A DNA stretch of 64,000 nucleotides from Octopus vulgaris (Eukaryota), in the NCBI GenBank assembly GCA_951406725.2, contig OX597824.1, positions 78,306,001 to 78,370,000 on the forward strand, given 5' to 3'. Below, in pieces: positions 42,571 through 57,292 of the stretch; position 1 is the first letter of the stretch, and each line of letters starts with the position of its first letter. The notes beneath the pieces were generated by a model. It ran no database searches and was not told the origin of the DNA. It saw nothing but the letters and a program-made list of their open reading frames with translations. Both the position numbers and the translations under genes were made by a program.

Positions 42571-42682
42571 ACTTTCTCATCTTCCCGAGCGTTAAACTAA
42601 TACACCTGTCTTATACACCTGTCTTCGTCTTTTGTTGGGGTTTTTTTTTTGTATTTTTTTCCATAAATTCAAACTATACGTG

Positions 42683-43147
42683 AATGCGCGTGATCCAATG
42701 GTTAGGGTGTATGCACTCACGTTCTAGTGATTGCAGGTTCAATTTCCGGATCGAACGTTGCGTTGTATTCTTGAACAAAACACTTCATTTCACCCAGTTG
42801 TTCCAGTTCACACAGCAGTAAACGGATAACCCAGCGACGGACTAGCCTTCCAATAGGGGAAAATGTTGGCCAGCTCGCCCAACCAGAATGCAAAAACGAT
42901 GCAAAACACATTGAGACCAGCTATATATAGCTACGACCGATGCTCTAATCGATGACGTGATATATATATCAAGTGGCTGTGTGGTAAGTAGCCTGCTTAC
43001 CAACCACATGATTCCGGGTTCAGTCCCACTGCGTGGCACCTTGGGCAAGTGTCTTCTACTATAGCCTCGGGCCGACCAGAGCCTTGTGAATGGATTTGGT
43101 AGACGGAAACTGAAAGAAGCCTGTCCTATATATGCATATATATATAA

Positions 43148-43215
<68 letters not shown>

Positions 43216-43465
43216 TGAAGGTGCACGGTTGGTGGTTAGGGTGTTCGGTGTACGATCGAAAGGTCGTGAGCTCAATTCCCAGCGACGCGTGCTGTCCTTT
43301 ATCTCACGTTGCTCCAGTCCACTCATCTGGCAGAAATGAGTTGTACCTGTATTTCAAAGGGCCAGCCTTGTCACATTCTGTGTCACGCCGAATCTCCCTG
43401 AGAGCTTCGTTAAATGTCCGCGTGTCTGTGGAGTGCTCAGCCACTTTTACGTTAATTTCACGAGA
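42683..43465 (+). mobile_element. Run of SINEs: D (42683-42900), B (42972-43130), D head with tail iii (43218-43465)
   Basis: Family motifs; tail iii ttgtacctgtatttcaa...gtggagtgctcagccac is shared with the C copy at 57293. Confidence 0.8.
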
Positions 43466-43466
43466 G

Positions 43467-43887
43467 ATCAAATAAAGAGGGATGTATTGGTTGAAAAAAT
43501 GTTCAAAAGCTTAGAAGTAGATTTCTCTATTGAAGTAAAGTGTAAAGTGAACTAAATATTCAAACTATGCAAACTGGTAAAAATCACTTATATGAGCTAA
43601 AATTATGTTTCTGCCGGGGCTTATATTTGTAAAATCGCTCTCTAAGTGTGTTAACAAGGTGATTCTTAGAGAAGAGAATATAGAAGAGTTCAGAGTTGCA
43701 AATGTTACAAAATCCTTTGCCCTTGTCATAAGAGAAAGAGATGGACAGGATGAACCAATCTAACTTAAAATCCTTATTGTTGTCTGTATAGTTTGAACAT
43801 TTAGGTCACTTTGCACTTTACCTCAATGGAGAAATCTACTTCCAAGCCTTTGAACATTTTTTCAACCAATATATCCCTCTTTATTTG
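43467..43887. repeat. Inverted repeat with arms of about 100 bp in a probable PLE ORF remnant
   Basis: 43467-43570 is an inverted, roughly 90% identical copy of 43786-43887; the minus strand between them encodes YDKGKGF (DKG-like motif). Confidence 0.7.
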
Positions 43888-44046
43888 TTCTCTACTTATT
43901 TCTTTACCCCTTCTCTTCCTAGGGTCTGCCTTTGACGTCGGATCTACTAACGGTTTTTTTTTAAAAATACATAATAAATTTCTGTTTATCATTTATGCAG
44001 TCATCAAAATTGCTATAATGTCTTGTTGTTGAGATAGGTTGTCTTT

Positions 44047-44129
44047 CTTTCTTGATGAGAAGATTACATTATTTTACACTATTTATTCCTTTGGAATAAA
44101 ACAAATATCTTCGAAACATATGTCGAAAG
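44047..44129 (+). ncRNA. Type I hammerhead ribozyme (C3U)
   Basis: CUUUC UUGAUGA GAAGAU...AUCUUC GAAA CAUAUG UC GAAAG; same family as 59750. Confidence 0.75.
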
Positions 44130-44550
44130 TAAAAGAATTTGAATAACACCTGCGTTCGACTCCATTTTTATACTTATATATATATATATATATTATATAT
44201 ATATGTTTGTGTGTTTGCGTGTACTTATATATATACATATATATATATATATATGGATGGATGTACTATTGTATGTATTTATATATGTATATTCGCGAAG
44301 GGCTTCCACATCGTTTCTCTTTACGAAATTCGCACACAATTTATTAGTAGGTCCGGAGTTACAGTACAAATAACTCGCCCAAGGTGCCACGCAGAGGTAC
44401 TGAAACCGACACCACTTGGGTGCGAAGAAAACTTCTTTACCACGCAGCCAAGTCTACTATAATAAAGGTTAAAAGTTATCTTTGATAGCTCTAAATATTG
44501 CAATCATAATCACTCTGCGGGGATTTCTCTGATAAAATTAATAAAATATA

Positions 44551-44581
<31 letters not shown>

Positions 44582-45326
44582 CCTCTCTCTCTATATATAT
44601 CTATATATCTATCTCTTACAAAATGTCTCCCATTTATTATATAAACAATAGAGACAAAGAGGTAACTGATTATTGTTGTTGTTGTTGTTGTTGTTGTTGT
44701 CGTTGCCGATGATATTGTTGTTCTCAAGGATGTTGTCGTTTAATTCAGGTCAACAAAACCTGACCTTTGCTCGAAGGAATTTTAGCCATAACCTGTCCAT
44801 TATACATATATATATTATTTTTTTGCAGACAGTCTATCTAGGATTACATTTATCTAATGTGTTATCCTTTGATTTTTCCACTCTAAAAGACAGAGTGTGG
44901 TTTAACGCCGAGAAAGAAGACAAAGCAGTGTGTATATGGTGGAGAGTGATGCAGAGGGGAGAGAACGGAACTTGTCGCTGGAGCTAATGGAAGTATTTGT
45001 CGCTGATATCATTATACGGAGGGGTACGGCGGGAGAGGATGTGATCTTCATATGCTTAAGCATACGTATTTACATAGATACACACACATACACACACACA
45101 ATTACATACACACATATACTTATATAACTACATGTGTGTGTACATATATATGCGTGTGTGTGTGTGGGTATTTATAACCACAAACACAGACCTCCCTTTG
45201 CAAATACCATAAGGGCACAGAAGGTGTGCCTGAAGCCAGCTGGAGACGATGATCTCCTGGGGCTAAAAGCTTCAGTGACACCCACCCTTAGTGGTTAGCC
45301 ATATTGAGATGGCTAGTATACTTTAC

Positions 45327-45404
<78 letters not shown>

Positions 45405-45416
<12 letters not shown>

Positions 45417-45640
45417 CCGTTCTGTCTGTGTGTATGTGTCTTCTAGGATCTCGAGCATCCTCCATCCAATTGCACTCAAATTTGATATGTAGATACCGAC
45501 GGTATCAGGGCGTGTATAAAGTCTTGAAAAATTACAAAAATTGATTCCATGTGAGAATGCGATCGATAAAGCCGTGGGAACGTGCATTTGTACGCGCAAG
45601 TACATCAGCCCCGTCCATTGGACGGGGAGCGTTTTGCTCG
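45405..45640 (+). mobile_element. Non-autonomous Helitron-like element
   Basis: tataaaaatccgttctgtctgtgtg start; 3' hairpin ccccgtcc-att-ggacgggg (45609-45627); ends CTCG|T. Confidence 0.65.
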
Positions 45641-45993
45641 TATATATACATATATATATACATAAAGTAAGTTGCTGGAGGCATATGACTTAGTTTCTGT
45701 GTAACATTTGCGAATAGCTCTGTAGAATGAGATTGAATCAAAATCCTCTGTTTTTAGAAACGAGATAGAAGTATGGCCCTATGACTTTAGTTTTCGTATT
45801 TGGCATCAAGGAAAATCTAGACAGTATCGGTTCATAAAAAAAACTTTTTAGAAATATTATCGTTCTCATGTATATTTTCAAAAACATTTCACGCATTTCG
45901 TTTGTTTCAATGTTGTTCGACAACGCAGTGGTGCTCGATCACTGAATTTACAAGCATAGTGGGGGTAAAAAGTCTAATAGCCGTCACTGGTAG

Positions 45994-46051
45994 ATTTGAC
46001 TGAGGACAATCAGGCACACTTGGCGCTAAATTCGAAATCGAGATATCAAAT
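45994..46051 (+). ncRNA. Type I hammerhead ribozyme, stem II decayed
   Basis: AUUUGA CUGAGGA ... GAAA UC-GA-GA UA UCAAAU. Confidence 0.65.
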
Positions 46052-46224
46052 TAAGCAGCATTACTCTTGTATTCTTGGCGGAGGTAGGACGTTACTGTTG
46101 TTCACTAAAATTTTTTTCTATCATGTATGTATTAATTTTGTGATTCTCCTGTGGCTTAGAAGTATTTTGACTTCTATTTTTAGTGAAGCAGATGCTTATG
46201 TAGTACCTTAGTACATATATATAT

Positions 46225-46345
<121 letters not shown>

Positions 46346-46513
46346 ATGGTTGTATACTGTCAATCTAACGTGAACGTGACAGTAGGGGGTTACACCACCG
46401 CTGTTTAGCCCTAGGAAGCATCGACGCCTCCTGATGGGTTTGACACCTTTTTTCCTGTGTCCTTATATACATTTACGAAGGGGAGACAAACACCCCCAGC
46501 AGCCAGGCCTGCA

Positions 46514-46560
46514 TCTAGAGACACGCATGTTTCAGGATCATTGTCCTTCATCGGTCTAGA
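46514..46560 (-). ncRNA. Type I hammerhead ribozyme (U4C)
   Basis: UCUAGA CCGAUGA AGGA-CAAUGA-UCCU GAAA CA-UGCG-UG UC UCUAGA; all three helices fully paired. Confidence 0.8.
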
Positions 46561-46734
46561 GTAGCTGACATATATATATATGTATATATGTATGTATGTA
46601 TGTATGTATGTACGTATGTATGTACGTATATTATATATAGGTATATATATATGTGTGTGTGTATACTTATATACAAATATAATTACATACATATATATAT
46701 ATATATATATAATATATAAATATATATATATATA

Positions 46735-46783
<49 letters not shown>

Positions 46784-47250
46784 CGCATCTATACATATAC
46801 ATAACTCGTATATAAAATGCAATCACATCACACTGACACATAATATATACGCACAGGCATATATGCATGTGTGTATGTTTGTGTGTATATAAATATATAT
46901 ATGTATATGTGTGTGTAGAGAGAGAGAGGGGGGAGAAAGAGCACAACAGGGAAGGAGATAAGTGCTTGAATGTGAATATATATCTTTGTGATGAGGGTAT
47001 GTGTGCGTGTGTCTATACGCAAAATCTCAGATACAGGATTTCATTAGGAAAATGCACTGCGCATCTTTCAACATATAAAATCACCACTGAATGAGAACTG
47101 ATACAAAAACTTAAGCACACCACTCGGCTATTATTATTAAATATTTATCCAGATTTCTTGGAAACGAATTAAAGAGGCTAAGCTATTGAAACATAATGAT
47201 AAATGAGTAAGGTCTAAGCTACATATGTACAAAAAGACATATATACATAC

Positions 47251-47377
<127 letters not shown>

Positions 47378-47469
47378 TATGTGTCTCATAATTATATATA
47401 TATATGTTATAATTTATACATATATATACACACACACATCTAATTTATGTATGAATATATAAATGCATT

Positions 47470-47509
<40 letters not shown>

Positions 47510-47609
47510 AGAGAGAGATACCTTCATACATACATTTATATGTACATATATGTGTGTATATATATATATATGTATATATGTGTGCATATGTAAATATATG
47601 GATATACAT

Positions 47610-47665
<56 letters not shown>

Positions 47666-47716
47666 TATATATATGCATGTATATATATGTATATACATAT
47701 ATCGATAGATAGATAA

Positions 47717-47792
<76 letters not shown>

Positions 47793-47962
47793 AATATATG
47801 TATATTTGTGCATATGTATGTATGCGTGTATGAGCGTGAGTGTAAATATATATGCATATAAATATATTGTTACACATGTATATATTCGGATATGTAAAGT
47901 TGTACTTATATTTATGTGTGCTTGTGTCTCTTTCTCCCTCCATATGCACACTTGTGTGTATG

Positions 47963-47994
<32 letters not shown>

Positions 47995-48513
47995 TGTATG
48001 TATGTATGTATGTATGTATGTATGTATGTATGTATGTATGTATGTATGTATGTATGTATGTATGTATGTATGTATGTATGTATGTATGTATGTATGCAAA
48101 TGCTATATGTTGGCAAGAACTCGTTCTCAGATAAATGAAATACGATGGGTGGAATCACTCTGAAAATCTCTTGCCAAAATCTCTACTTAGTATGGATTGA
48201 AGTTCTCTTGCTTTAATGGTACATAGATTTATTAGTTTAGCTTTGTTTCGCGAATCGCATCATCTATTCAGCTTGTGGTAATTAATAAAATCTGTCTTCC
48301 CTGTAGGCATACTAAAGTATAAATTGAATTTTCTTAACGTTGTCCAATAGAGTTGCTGTTGTTTTAATTTCTTATTCAACTCGCTACAGCTATTAGCTGT
48401 CTCTATCAGTTTAATCAAATATTGGGGGTACATGTTTTTAACAGTAACAAAAGTGTAACGAATGAACGTTGACTTGTTTGTATCATAAACAACTTACTCG
48501 CGTGCAGTGGATT

Positions 48514-48995
48514 GGAAAGCGTGTGGCCTAATGGTTAGGGTTCTTGCGAGCTGGCAGAAACGTTAGCACGCCGGGCGAAATTCTTAGCGGTATTTCGTCT
48601 GCCGTTACGTTCTGAGTTCAAATTCCGCCGAGGTCGACTTTGCCTTTCATCCTTTCGGGGTCGATAAATTAAGTACCAGTTACGCACTGGGGTCGATGTA
48701 ATCGACTTAATACCTATGTCTGTCCTTGTTTGTCCCCTTTGTGTTTAGCCCCTTGTGGGTAATAAAGAAATAGGTTAGGGTTCTTGCATTCGCAATTGCA
48801 AGATGGCGGCTTCGATTCCTGGACCGGCCGATGCGCTATATTCTTGATCAAAACCCTTTATTTCACGGTGTTTATTTCTACTCGACTGTAACTGAGAAAC
48901 CCTACGACATACGTGTCTCCTGTTTGTTGCGAAGCAGGATTTCATGATCTCGATCGCTGTTACGTAACGGAAACCGAGTAGCCGGCCTTATGAGT
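48514..48995 (+). mobile_element. Old SINE D interrupted by a young SINE A (48548-48772)
   Basis: 15-bp TSD ggttagggttcttgc at 48533-48547 and 48773-48787. Confidence 0.88.
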
Positions 48996-49099
48996 TCCAG
49001 GAATTCAAACAGCAATGTCCAGAGATGGATGATGATGAATGGTTTGTTGTAGGACTTCAGGCAGCAATGTCCAGTGATTGTTGAGAATGAATGAGGGGT

Positions 49100-50507
49100 T
49101 TGTTGTAATCGTTTTAGATATCGTCAGGTATATTTGTTCCGGTTCTGTGCACTCAGAATTCACATCTGACTTGGGTCAATATAATAAAGTACTAAACCAA
49201 TAGAGATTTTGATCGTATCGACTAACAGCTCCAGCTTTCACACACGTCTTCAGATTTGATGGTTTGGTACCTATATTAGAGACCATTATTGAAACTAAGA
49301 AGGTAATAGAGTGGCAGAATCGTTAGCACGTCGGACAAAATGCTTAGCGTTATTTCATCTGCCAAAGGCGGCGAGCTGGCAGAAGCGTTAGCACGCCGGG
49401 CGAAATGCTTAGCGGTATTTCGTCTGCTGTTACGTTCTGAGTTCAAATTCCGCGAGGTCGACTTTGCTTTTCATCCTTTCGGGGTCGATTAAATAAGTCC
49501 CAGTTACGCACTGGTGTCGATATAATCGACTTAATCCGTTTGTCTGTCCTTGTTTGTCCTCTCTGTGTTTAGCACTCTGTGGGTAGTAAAGAAAAAGGTA
49601 TTTCGTCCGTCTTAACATCCTGAATTTAAATTCCGCCGATATAGAATTTGCCTTTTAACCCTTTGAAGGTCTATGAAATATGTACTGTTAATGCACTGGG
49701 GTTGATATAATCGACTCACTCCTTCCCATCAAAAGATGCTGGTTCTGTGCCCCAATTTGAATCAAACAGCAGTGATTTGGCAGAATCATTACCGCGTCGG
49801 ACAAAATACTTAGCGGCATTTCTTCCGTCTTTACGTTCTGAGTTCAAACTTCGGCAAAGTGAACTTTGCCTTTCATCTTTTCGGGGTCGGTAAGATATGT
49901 ACCAGTTGAGCCCTGGGGTTGATGTAATCGACTAGCTTCCCTCACAGAAAAAATGTTAGGCTTTGTGTCAATAGTAGAAGGATTTATAAAATTAGCAATA
50001 ATTAAGGAAATGGATTGGCAGCATCGTTAGGGTCTTCAGACAAAAACAAAATTGCGTTATGGTATTTATTATGAGCTTTGTTTCGGAGTTCAAATCCGAC
50101 CGATGTAAACCTTACTTTTTCACCTATTAAAACATACCAATTAGCTACTGAGATCAATCTGACTAACACTCTCGCTCCACTAAATTTTTGAAATTGTGTT
50201 TAGGTTAGAAACAATAGATGTGAAAGGTGGCGGTTTGTGGGCAGAGCGTCGAACAAGCCAGAGTATTTAATACTGCGAAGTATTTACGGGTAAACAACCG
50301 TAAATAACCGTTAACGTTCTCTTTCAAGTAACGCCCGAGTAAACTATTCATTTTATCATTCGGAAGTCGGTAAAATCAAGTACCAGCCATGTGCTGCGGT
50401 CGATTTAATCAATTTTACTCTTCCCTTTAAATTTACTTTCCTTTTAGTAACGTTGGTTTCAAGTTTTGGTACAAGGCCAGCAATTTCAGCAGAGACATTG
50501 AGTCGAT

Positions 50508-50510
<3 letters not shown>
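49100..50510 (+). mobile_element. Head-to-tail array of about 6 SINE family A copies of different ages
   Basis: Repeated tggcagaatcgttag heads and central domains; young copy at 49367-49597. Confidence 0.85.
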
Positions 50511-50542
<32 letters not shown>

Positions 50543-50547
50543 TAAAG

Positions 50548-51150
50548 AAAGACTTTAACGTCTATATTTAGTACCGCGCGGTGATGCATTAAGCTGACCC
50601 CTTGTTGTAATTATGTATATGATTATAAAATAATTCGTACAATTTACTTTAAAAAATGTTATTTTCCACACTGGCTACTTAGTAAAATCATTATTGATTT
50701 TACCCTGTGTTATTATTAAAATAATTTTTGAATAATTCAGTCCATGTTCGAAACAGTATTTACTGCGATCTTAGATCTGAAAACACACGTGGGTATAAAA
50801 GTGAGATTTGAATTAAACGCAGCAGTATATTTTGGCGCATGTGGATGGATATAAAACACTTGATGTCGCAAGATTGAGTGCATATTTTTGAAATACTCGT
50901 AAATTAATGCTTTCAGGAATACTGTACTGATGAGACAATAAGTTAAATTATTTTGACTTTGAATTCGAAACGCGTCTGCGGTTAATCAGTGTTTCGATTC
51001 ATTATCTTTATTTACTTGCCCGCATTAAGTGTGTTTTTCTCGGAGATTTTTAAGTAGTAAAAAAAGACTTTAACGTCTACTTTTAACAGCGCGAGGTGAT
51101 GCATTAAACTGCCCCTTGTTAAAATTATGTATATAATTATAAAATAATTC

Positions 51151-51152
<2 letters not shown>
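50548..51152 (+). mobile_element. Retrozyme/PLE pLTR-like element: 515-nt monomer plus about 90-nt terminal redundancy
   Basis: Direct repeats 50548-50638 and 51063-51152; internal HHR; (TA)n on both flanks. Confidence 0.85.
50921..50982 (+). ncRNA. Type I hammerhead ribozyme, canonical core
   Basis: ACUGUA CUGAUGA G...AAGUUAAA-UUAU-UUUGACUU...C GAAA CGCG UC UGCGGU. Confidence 0.85.
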
Positions 51153-51222
<70 letters not shown>

Positions 51223-51224
51223 TA

Positions 51225-51765
<541 letters not shown>

Positions 51766-51767
51766 TG

Positions 51768-51799
<32 letters not shown>

Positions 51800-52021
51800 T
51801 GTACATGCATCTGTGCATATATTTATAAGCATATGTGGGCACAGGACGTCATGTATGTATGCATATATTACAGACGATGAAGTAAAAGTCGAACGCAGTA
51901 TATCTGTGAGAACAGTAGAGTGTGACTACAGTTATATGACGGAAAAAAAGTTGTCAGTATGTGCACACACATATATATTTATACATATACACGCATGCAC
52001 GCATACACACACACATACATA

Positions 52022-52091
<70 letters not shown>

Positions 52092-52206
52092 TAAAACCAC
52101 TATTAGGCAAATCATACAATGAAAAACTTAAGCCAATACATAAGACTAATTAATTTATATTATTTTAAATATATATCAAAATTATTAAAAAAAGATTTTA
52201 GTATAA

Positions 52207-52269
52207 CACTACGATCATTTCATGGCTGTCGAATTCTTAAAATTTCGAGTTACAGTCATTCTTCAGGTG
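52207..52269 (-). ncRNA. Type I hammerhead ribozyme in a (TA)n-flanked repeat (about 52088-52450)
   Basis: CAC CUGAAGA AUGACUGU...ACAGCCAU GAAA UGAUCG UA GUG; element end also present at 54868-54920. Confidence 0.7.
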
Positions 52270-52456
52270 ATTTAAATATTTAACTTAGCGAGGTTTAACT
52301 AATCAATATAATATTATTTAACTAATCAATATAATAATTAGCGAGGTTTAACTAATCAATATAATATAATATAATATTTTACTATAAAATTGGATTCAAT
52401 CCTAAATCTGATTTTTCCCTGTAAGTTTGGATTTATTCCATAATATTTTATTATAT

Positions 52457-52506
<50 letters not shown>

Positions 52507-52779
52507 CATATGAATATATACATATCTACACACACACATATATGTATGTATGTATACACATGCATATGCATGTGTGTGTTATATGTCTGTGTGCGCATCA
52601 ATAAAACAGAAATGTTTAAAAAGTGCATAGACATACACACACATGTAATTAAATAAGAATAAATATCAGACGTAACCAAAAAACGAAACAGTAACGCACA
52701 AAAGGCCATTGAGAATGTCACAGTGGTTTTGGTGATACATTTGGAAAACTATGTAATAATTAATTAATTTATTGGTAAA

Positions 52780-53180
52780 CTAGCAGTATCGCCCGGCGTT
52801 GCTCGGGTTTGTAAGGGAAATAACTATATAAGCATCTTTAGAGAGTTATAGCAAAAAAATAGCAAAAAAATGCATTAAAAATGCAAAAAAAAATGATCGT
52901 AAATTTTTTTTTAAATCGTTGACTCATCGTAGGTCTCATCAATTTATTAAGAACATATTCAGTTATCCCTACTAAAACTATTTATTCTAGAGTTTTAACT
53001 CTATTGTTACTTCCCTTATATAATAGCGAAAAAAATGCATTAAAATGGAAATAGATGATGGTAAATGAATCACGACTATAAGATACCCGGTTTTGGTTAA
53101 ACTGCACCTCAAAATGTGGGAGTAGTTAGGAATCTAAATCGTAGGAGACAGACACACAACTTCACTTTTATATATAAAGA
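52780..53180 (-). mobile_element. Non-autonomous Helitron
   Basis: Minus strand A|TCTTTATATATAAAAG ... hairpin CCCGAGCAACGCCGGG ... CTAG|T. Confidence 0.9.
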
Positions 53181-53562
53181 TCAATAATTGCTCAGTGTGT
53201 TATAAGAGTTTACCATAATATTATGGCTCATGTGATGATCACAGGCATGGCGAAGTGGTAAAGAAATTCACTCCGTACCCGTGAGGTCTTATGTTTGACT
53301 CCATATTAAGGCATGTTGAACAAATATCTTTCACCGCAATATCGGGTTGACCGAAGACTTTGTGAGTGAAATCAAATCGACAGGAAAACGTCGGATGGAT
53401 ACCAAATGTAATTTAAAGAACCTGCCACGTCACTCTTGAAGCAATAATTTGGAATAATGTTAATGATATCAGGGCTATGGGAAACACTCACTAACTTCAC
53501 CCATTCACTGGGTAAATCATAGAGTTGACTGAAAATTTATATATTCCATGGTGTATATATAC

Positions 53563-53658
<96 letters not shown>

Positions 53659-53846
53659 GGGGAGAATTCACAAAAACACAAAAGACAAAGACAATTGGCG
53701 TAGAAAACAAACAGATCTATTAGTATAACGCTCGGGAATTGCAAAATCTTTAACGTTTTGAGCCTACGCTCTTCTACAGAAAGGAACACAGAAAGAAACA
53801 AGGAGAGAAAAATTGTGTGTAGTGGCTAGCGATCTATCATGGCGAA
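53659..53846 (-). mobile_element. Family E short repeat with variant HHR (53748-53783, G12A)
   Basis: Minus strand cttt CTGTAGA a gagc-gtag-gctc AAAA cg TT aaag. Confidence 0.75.
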
Positions 53847-54268
53847 TATATATATATATACATACATACATACATACATACATACATACATACATACATA
53901 CATACATAATCATGCATGGCATATGCAATAAGTTTGCTCCAGAAAGAATGCCAAACCAGTAGAAAAATATAATACTCACGGGTAGGAAGATTCTAATGAG
54001 AGACTTTCTCACTTTCCTGAGCTTCCAACTATTATACTTGCTTGTTGGTCATACACCTGTCTTTGTCTTGTTTTTCTGTAAATTTCATAAACATATATAT
54101 AAATACCGGAGTAAACACATAAATGTGAAACAAGGTGGAAAAAAGAGTACTCAAATAAAAGTTGGATGGCGTCATTTGAAGGCTAAAACAATGCGAAGTG
54201 CATTGTGACCAGCGATGTGTAGCAACACCTGAAAGCCTGGTCCGTCACGGTGATCACGGTGATATATG

Positions 54269-54308
<40 letters not shown>

Positions 54309-54326
54309 TATATGTGTGTATGTATG

Positions 54327-54394
<68 letters not shown>

Positions 54395-54727
54395 CATACA
54401 TATATATATATATAGGAATAAAAATTTATATATAAAGAAACGAACACAGAAAACAGACAGATCATTCGAAGCCTTTAATCTACAGTCAGAAACCGGATCA
54501 TCATAGCAAATTTCGGCTGATTAATTCTGATATTTGCTCCAACGCGGCCAGCCCCAAGGAAAAAACTAAGCTGTGAGCATTAGATTTCTTGGAAAAAGGA
54601 ACGAATGTAAACGCAACAGAGACGAATATAAATACAAAAAACGAAAACAAAAATAAAAACAAGAATGGTAATTAACAGGATAACAGCAGGTGTCTTACGA
54701 CCTTAGACAAAATGATATATATATATG

Positions 54728-54860
<133 letters not shown>

Positions 54861-55598
54861 TAAATTAGAGATAAAACCATTATTAGGCAAATCAAACAGT
54901 GAAAAACATAAACCAAAACATAAAAATAAAAATAATTAATATAATATGCAAAATATAAAATTTTAAAATTCAAATTATTTAAATTCAAAATTAAAATTAT
55001 TACTTTATATATATAATTTTTTTAATTTTTATTTATTTATTTTTGTTTATTTTTTTATATATTTTATATATATATATGAGTAAAACATTGCACTGGAAGA
55101 CGACTGCGGAACACACGGAAAAATCACACTCCAGACGTTGATATATTCATCCTCTATTAATTATCGCCCAAACATCATCTTGATTTTTCCCCATTAGATG
55201 TAAACTATTTTGATGGAATTTTCATTTTTATTTATATTTTTGTATTGTCTACTACTGAAACACTTATGTGCTTTGTAATACTATACGTCTGTTTCAGGAA
55301 ATTTTTTGAAGCCAAATATGGCAAGTTTGCGGCCTTTGTTAGTTTATCCACTTCAAATAGGATAAATAGAATACATCATGTTTGTATGTGTGTGCGTGTG
55401 TGCGTTTGAGTACGTGCGTGTGTGTGTGTTTGAGTACGTGCGTGTGTTTGTGTGCATGTTTGTATATACATACATATTTATATACGCATACATACATACA
55501 TGTGCATGTATCTGTGAGTATATACGTATACATGGCTATGTAAAAGTGTGCGTATACCTACACATGAAGACACGTACAAACACGCGCAAATGTATAAA

Positions 55599-55641
<43 letters not shown>

Positions 55642-55659
55642 GTATATATACATATATAC

Positions 55660-55951
55660 ATACAAACATACATACTTACATTCATTCATACATACATACA
55701 TACAAATGTACATACATACATACATACAACCATACTTACATACATACATACATACAAACATACATACTTACATACATACATACATACATACATACATTCA
55801 TACATACATACTTACATACATACAAACATACATACTTACATTCATACATACATACAAACGTACATACATACAAGCAAACATACATACATACATACATACA
55901 AAAATACATACTTACATACATACATGCAAACATAAATACATACAAACATAC

Positions 55952-55982
<31 letters not shown>

Positions 55983-56148
55983 CATGCATGCATGCCAAAC
56001 ATACATACGTACATACATACATACATGCATGCATACATACATACATACATACATACATGCATGCATACATACATACATACATACATACATACATACATAC
56101 ATACATACATACATACATACATACATACATACATACATACATACATAC

Positions 56149-56178
<30 letters not shown>
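55660..56178. repeat. Long degenerate (TACA)n microsatellite
   Basis: Seen directly. Confidence 0.98.
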
Positions 56179-56179
<1 letters not shown>

Positions 56180-56550
56180 GAGTGAAAGAGAGTGGGAGAA
56201 AAGACAGAACACAAGAAGACAGAGAGGCACAAAGAGAGAGAAGGAACAGAAATATGATAGACTATTCTAGTAATCAATATTTTCACCACATTAATTATAC
56301 CTTTCTCGTTCTCTTATAATATACAAATACTTATTCCAATAATACTTCATTGAAGGATGCACTTTAAGGAATTTCGACTAAAGCAGCGAGCTTGCCTGAT
56401 ACTGTCAGATGATAACACATGATCATGCTCAGAAGAAGTATTTGCTTAATATTGTGACCTTCCTTTCTTGCCAGTCCAGCATGAAGCCTTTCAAAACTGT
56501 ATTTAAACAGATAGATATTAAATAGAAGACGGTATATAAATCGCTAGATT

Positions 56551-56624
<74 letters not shown>

Positions 56625-56664
56625 AGACGGACTCTTCCGTCGTTAGACGACGTATGAGGATTCT

Positions 56665-57037
56665 CTCTTTTTACTCTTTACTCTTTTACAGTCATTTGAC
56701 TGCGGCCATGCTGGAGCACCGCCTTTAGTCGAGCAAATCGACCCCGGGACTTATTCTTTGTAAACCCAGTACTTATTCTATCGGTCTCTTTTGCCGAACC
56801 GCTAAGTTACGGGGACGTAAACACACCAGCATCGGTTGTCAAGCAATGCTAGGGGGACAAACACACACACACACAAACACACACACATACACATATATAT
56901 ATACATATATACGACAGGCTTCTTTCAGTTTCCGTCTACCAAATTCACTCACAAGGCATTGGTCGGCCCGGGGCTATAGCAGAAGACACTTGCCCAAGAT
57001 GCCATGCAGTGGGACTGAACCCGGAACCATATGGTTG
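56665..57037 (-). mobile_element. SINE family B
   Basis: Family identity. Confidence 0.9.
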
Positions 57038-57292
57038 GGTTTTTTTTTACCGAACAAACACTCAGAGGATTTGTTTATAGGGATCAAATGATTGCGTAGA
57101 CACAAGCACACTCTCTCCAGCATATCAACATAACCTACACAGCTGCAATGGATGACACATATCAAATGTGGAAATGATCGCGGAACAACGTGAAATCAAG
57201 TGCTTTGTTCAAGAAAACAACTCAACCCGCGATCTTGCAATCGTGAGTGCTGCACCCTGACCCCTGGGGTATGTGTGAGTTTGGAGGGATAT

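Noticed and set aside
49010-49106. Two-copy tandem of about 52 bp starting cagcaatgtccag
   Set aside because: Ordinary local duplication with no further structure
49220-49260. Minus-strand CTGAAGA...GAAAGCTGGAGCTG
   Set aside because: Position 17 is G, there is no stem I or II, and it lies in an old SINE tail
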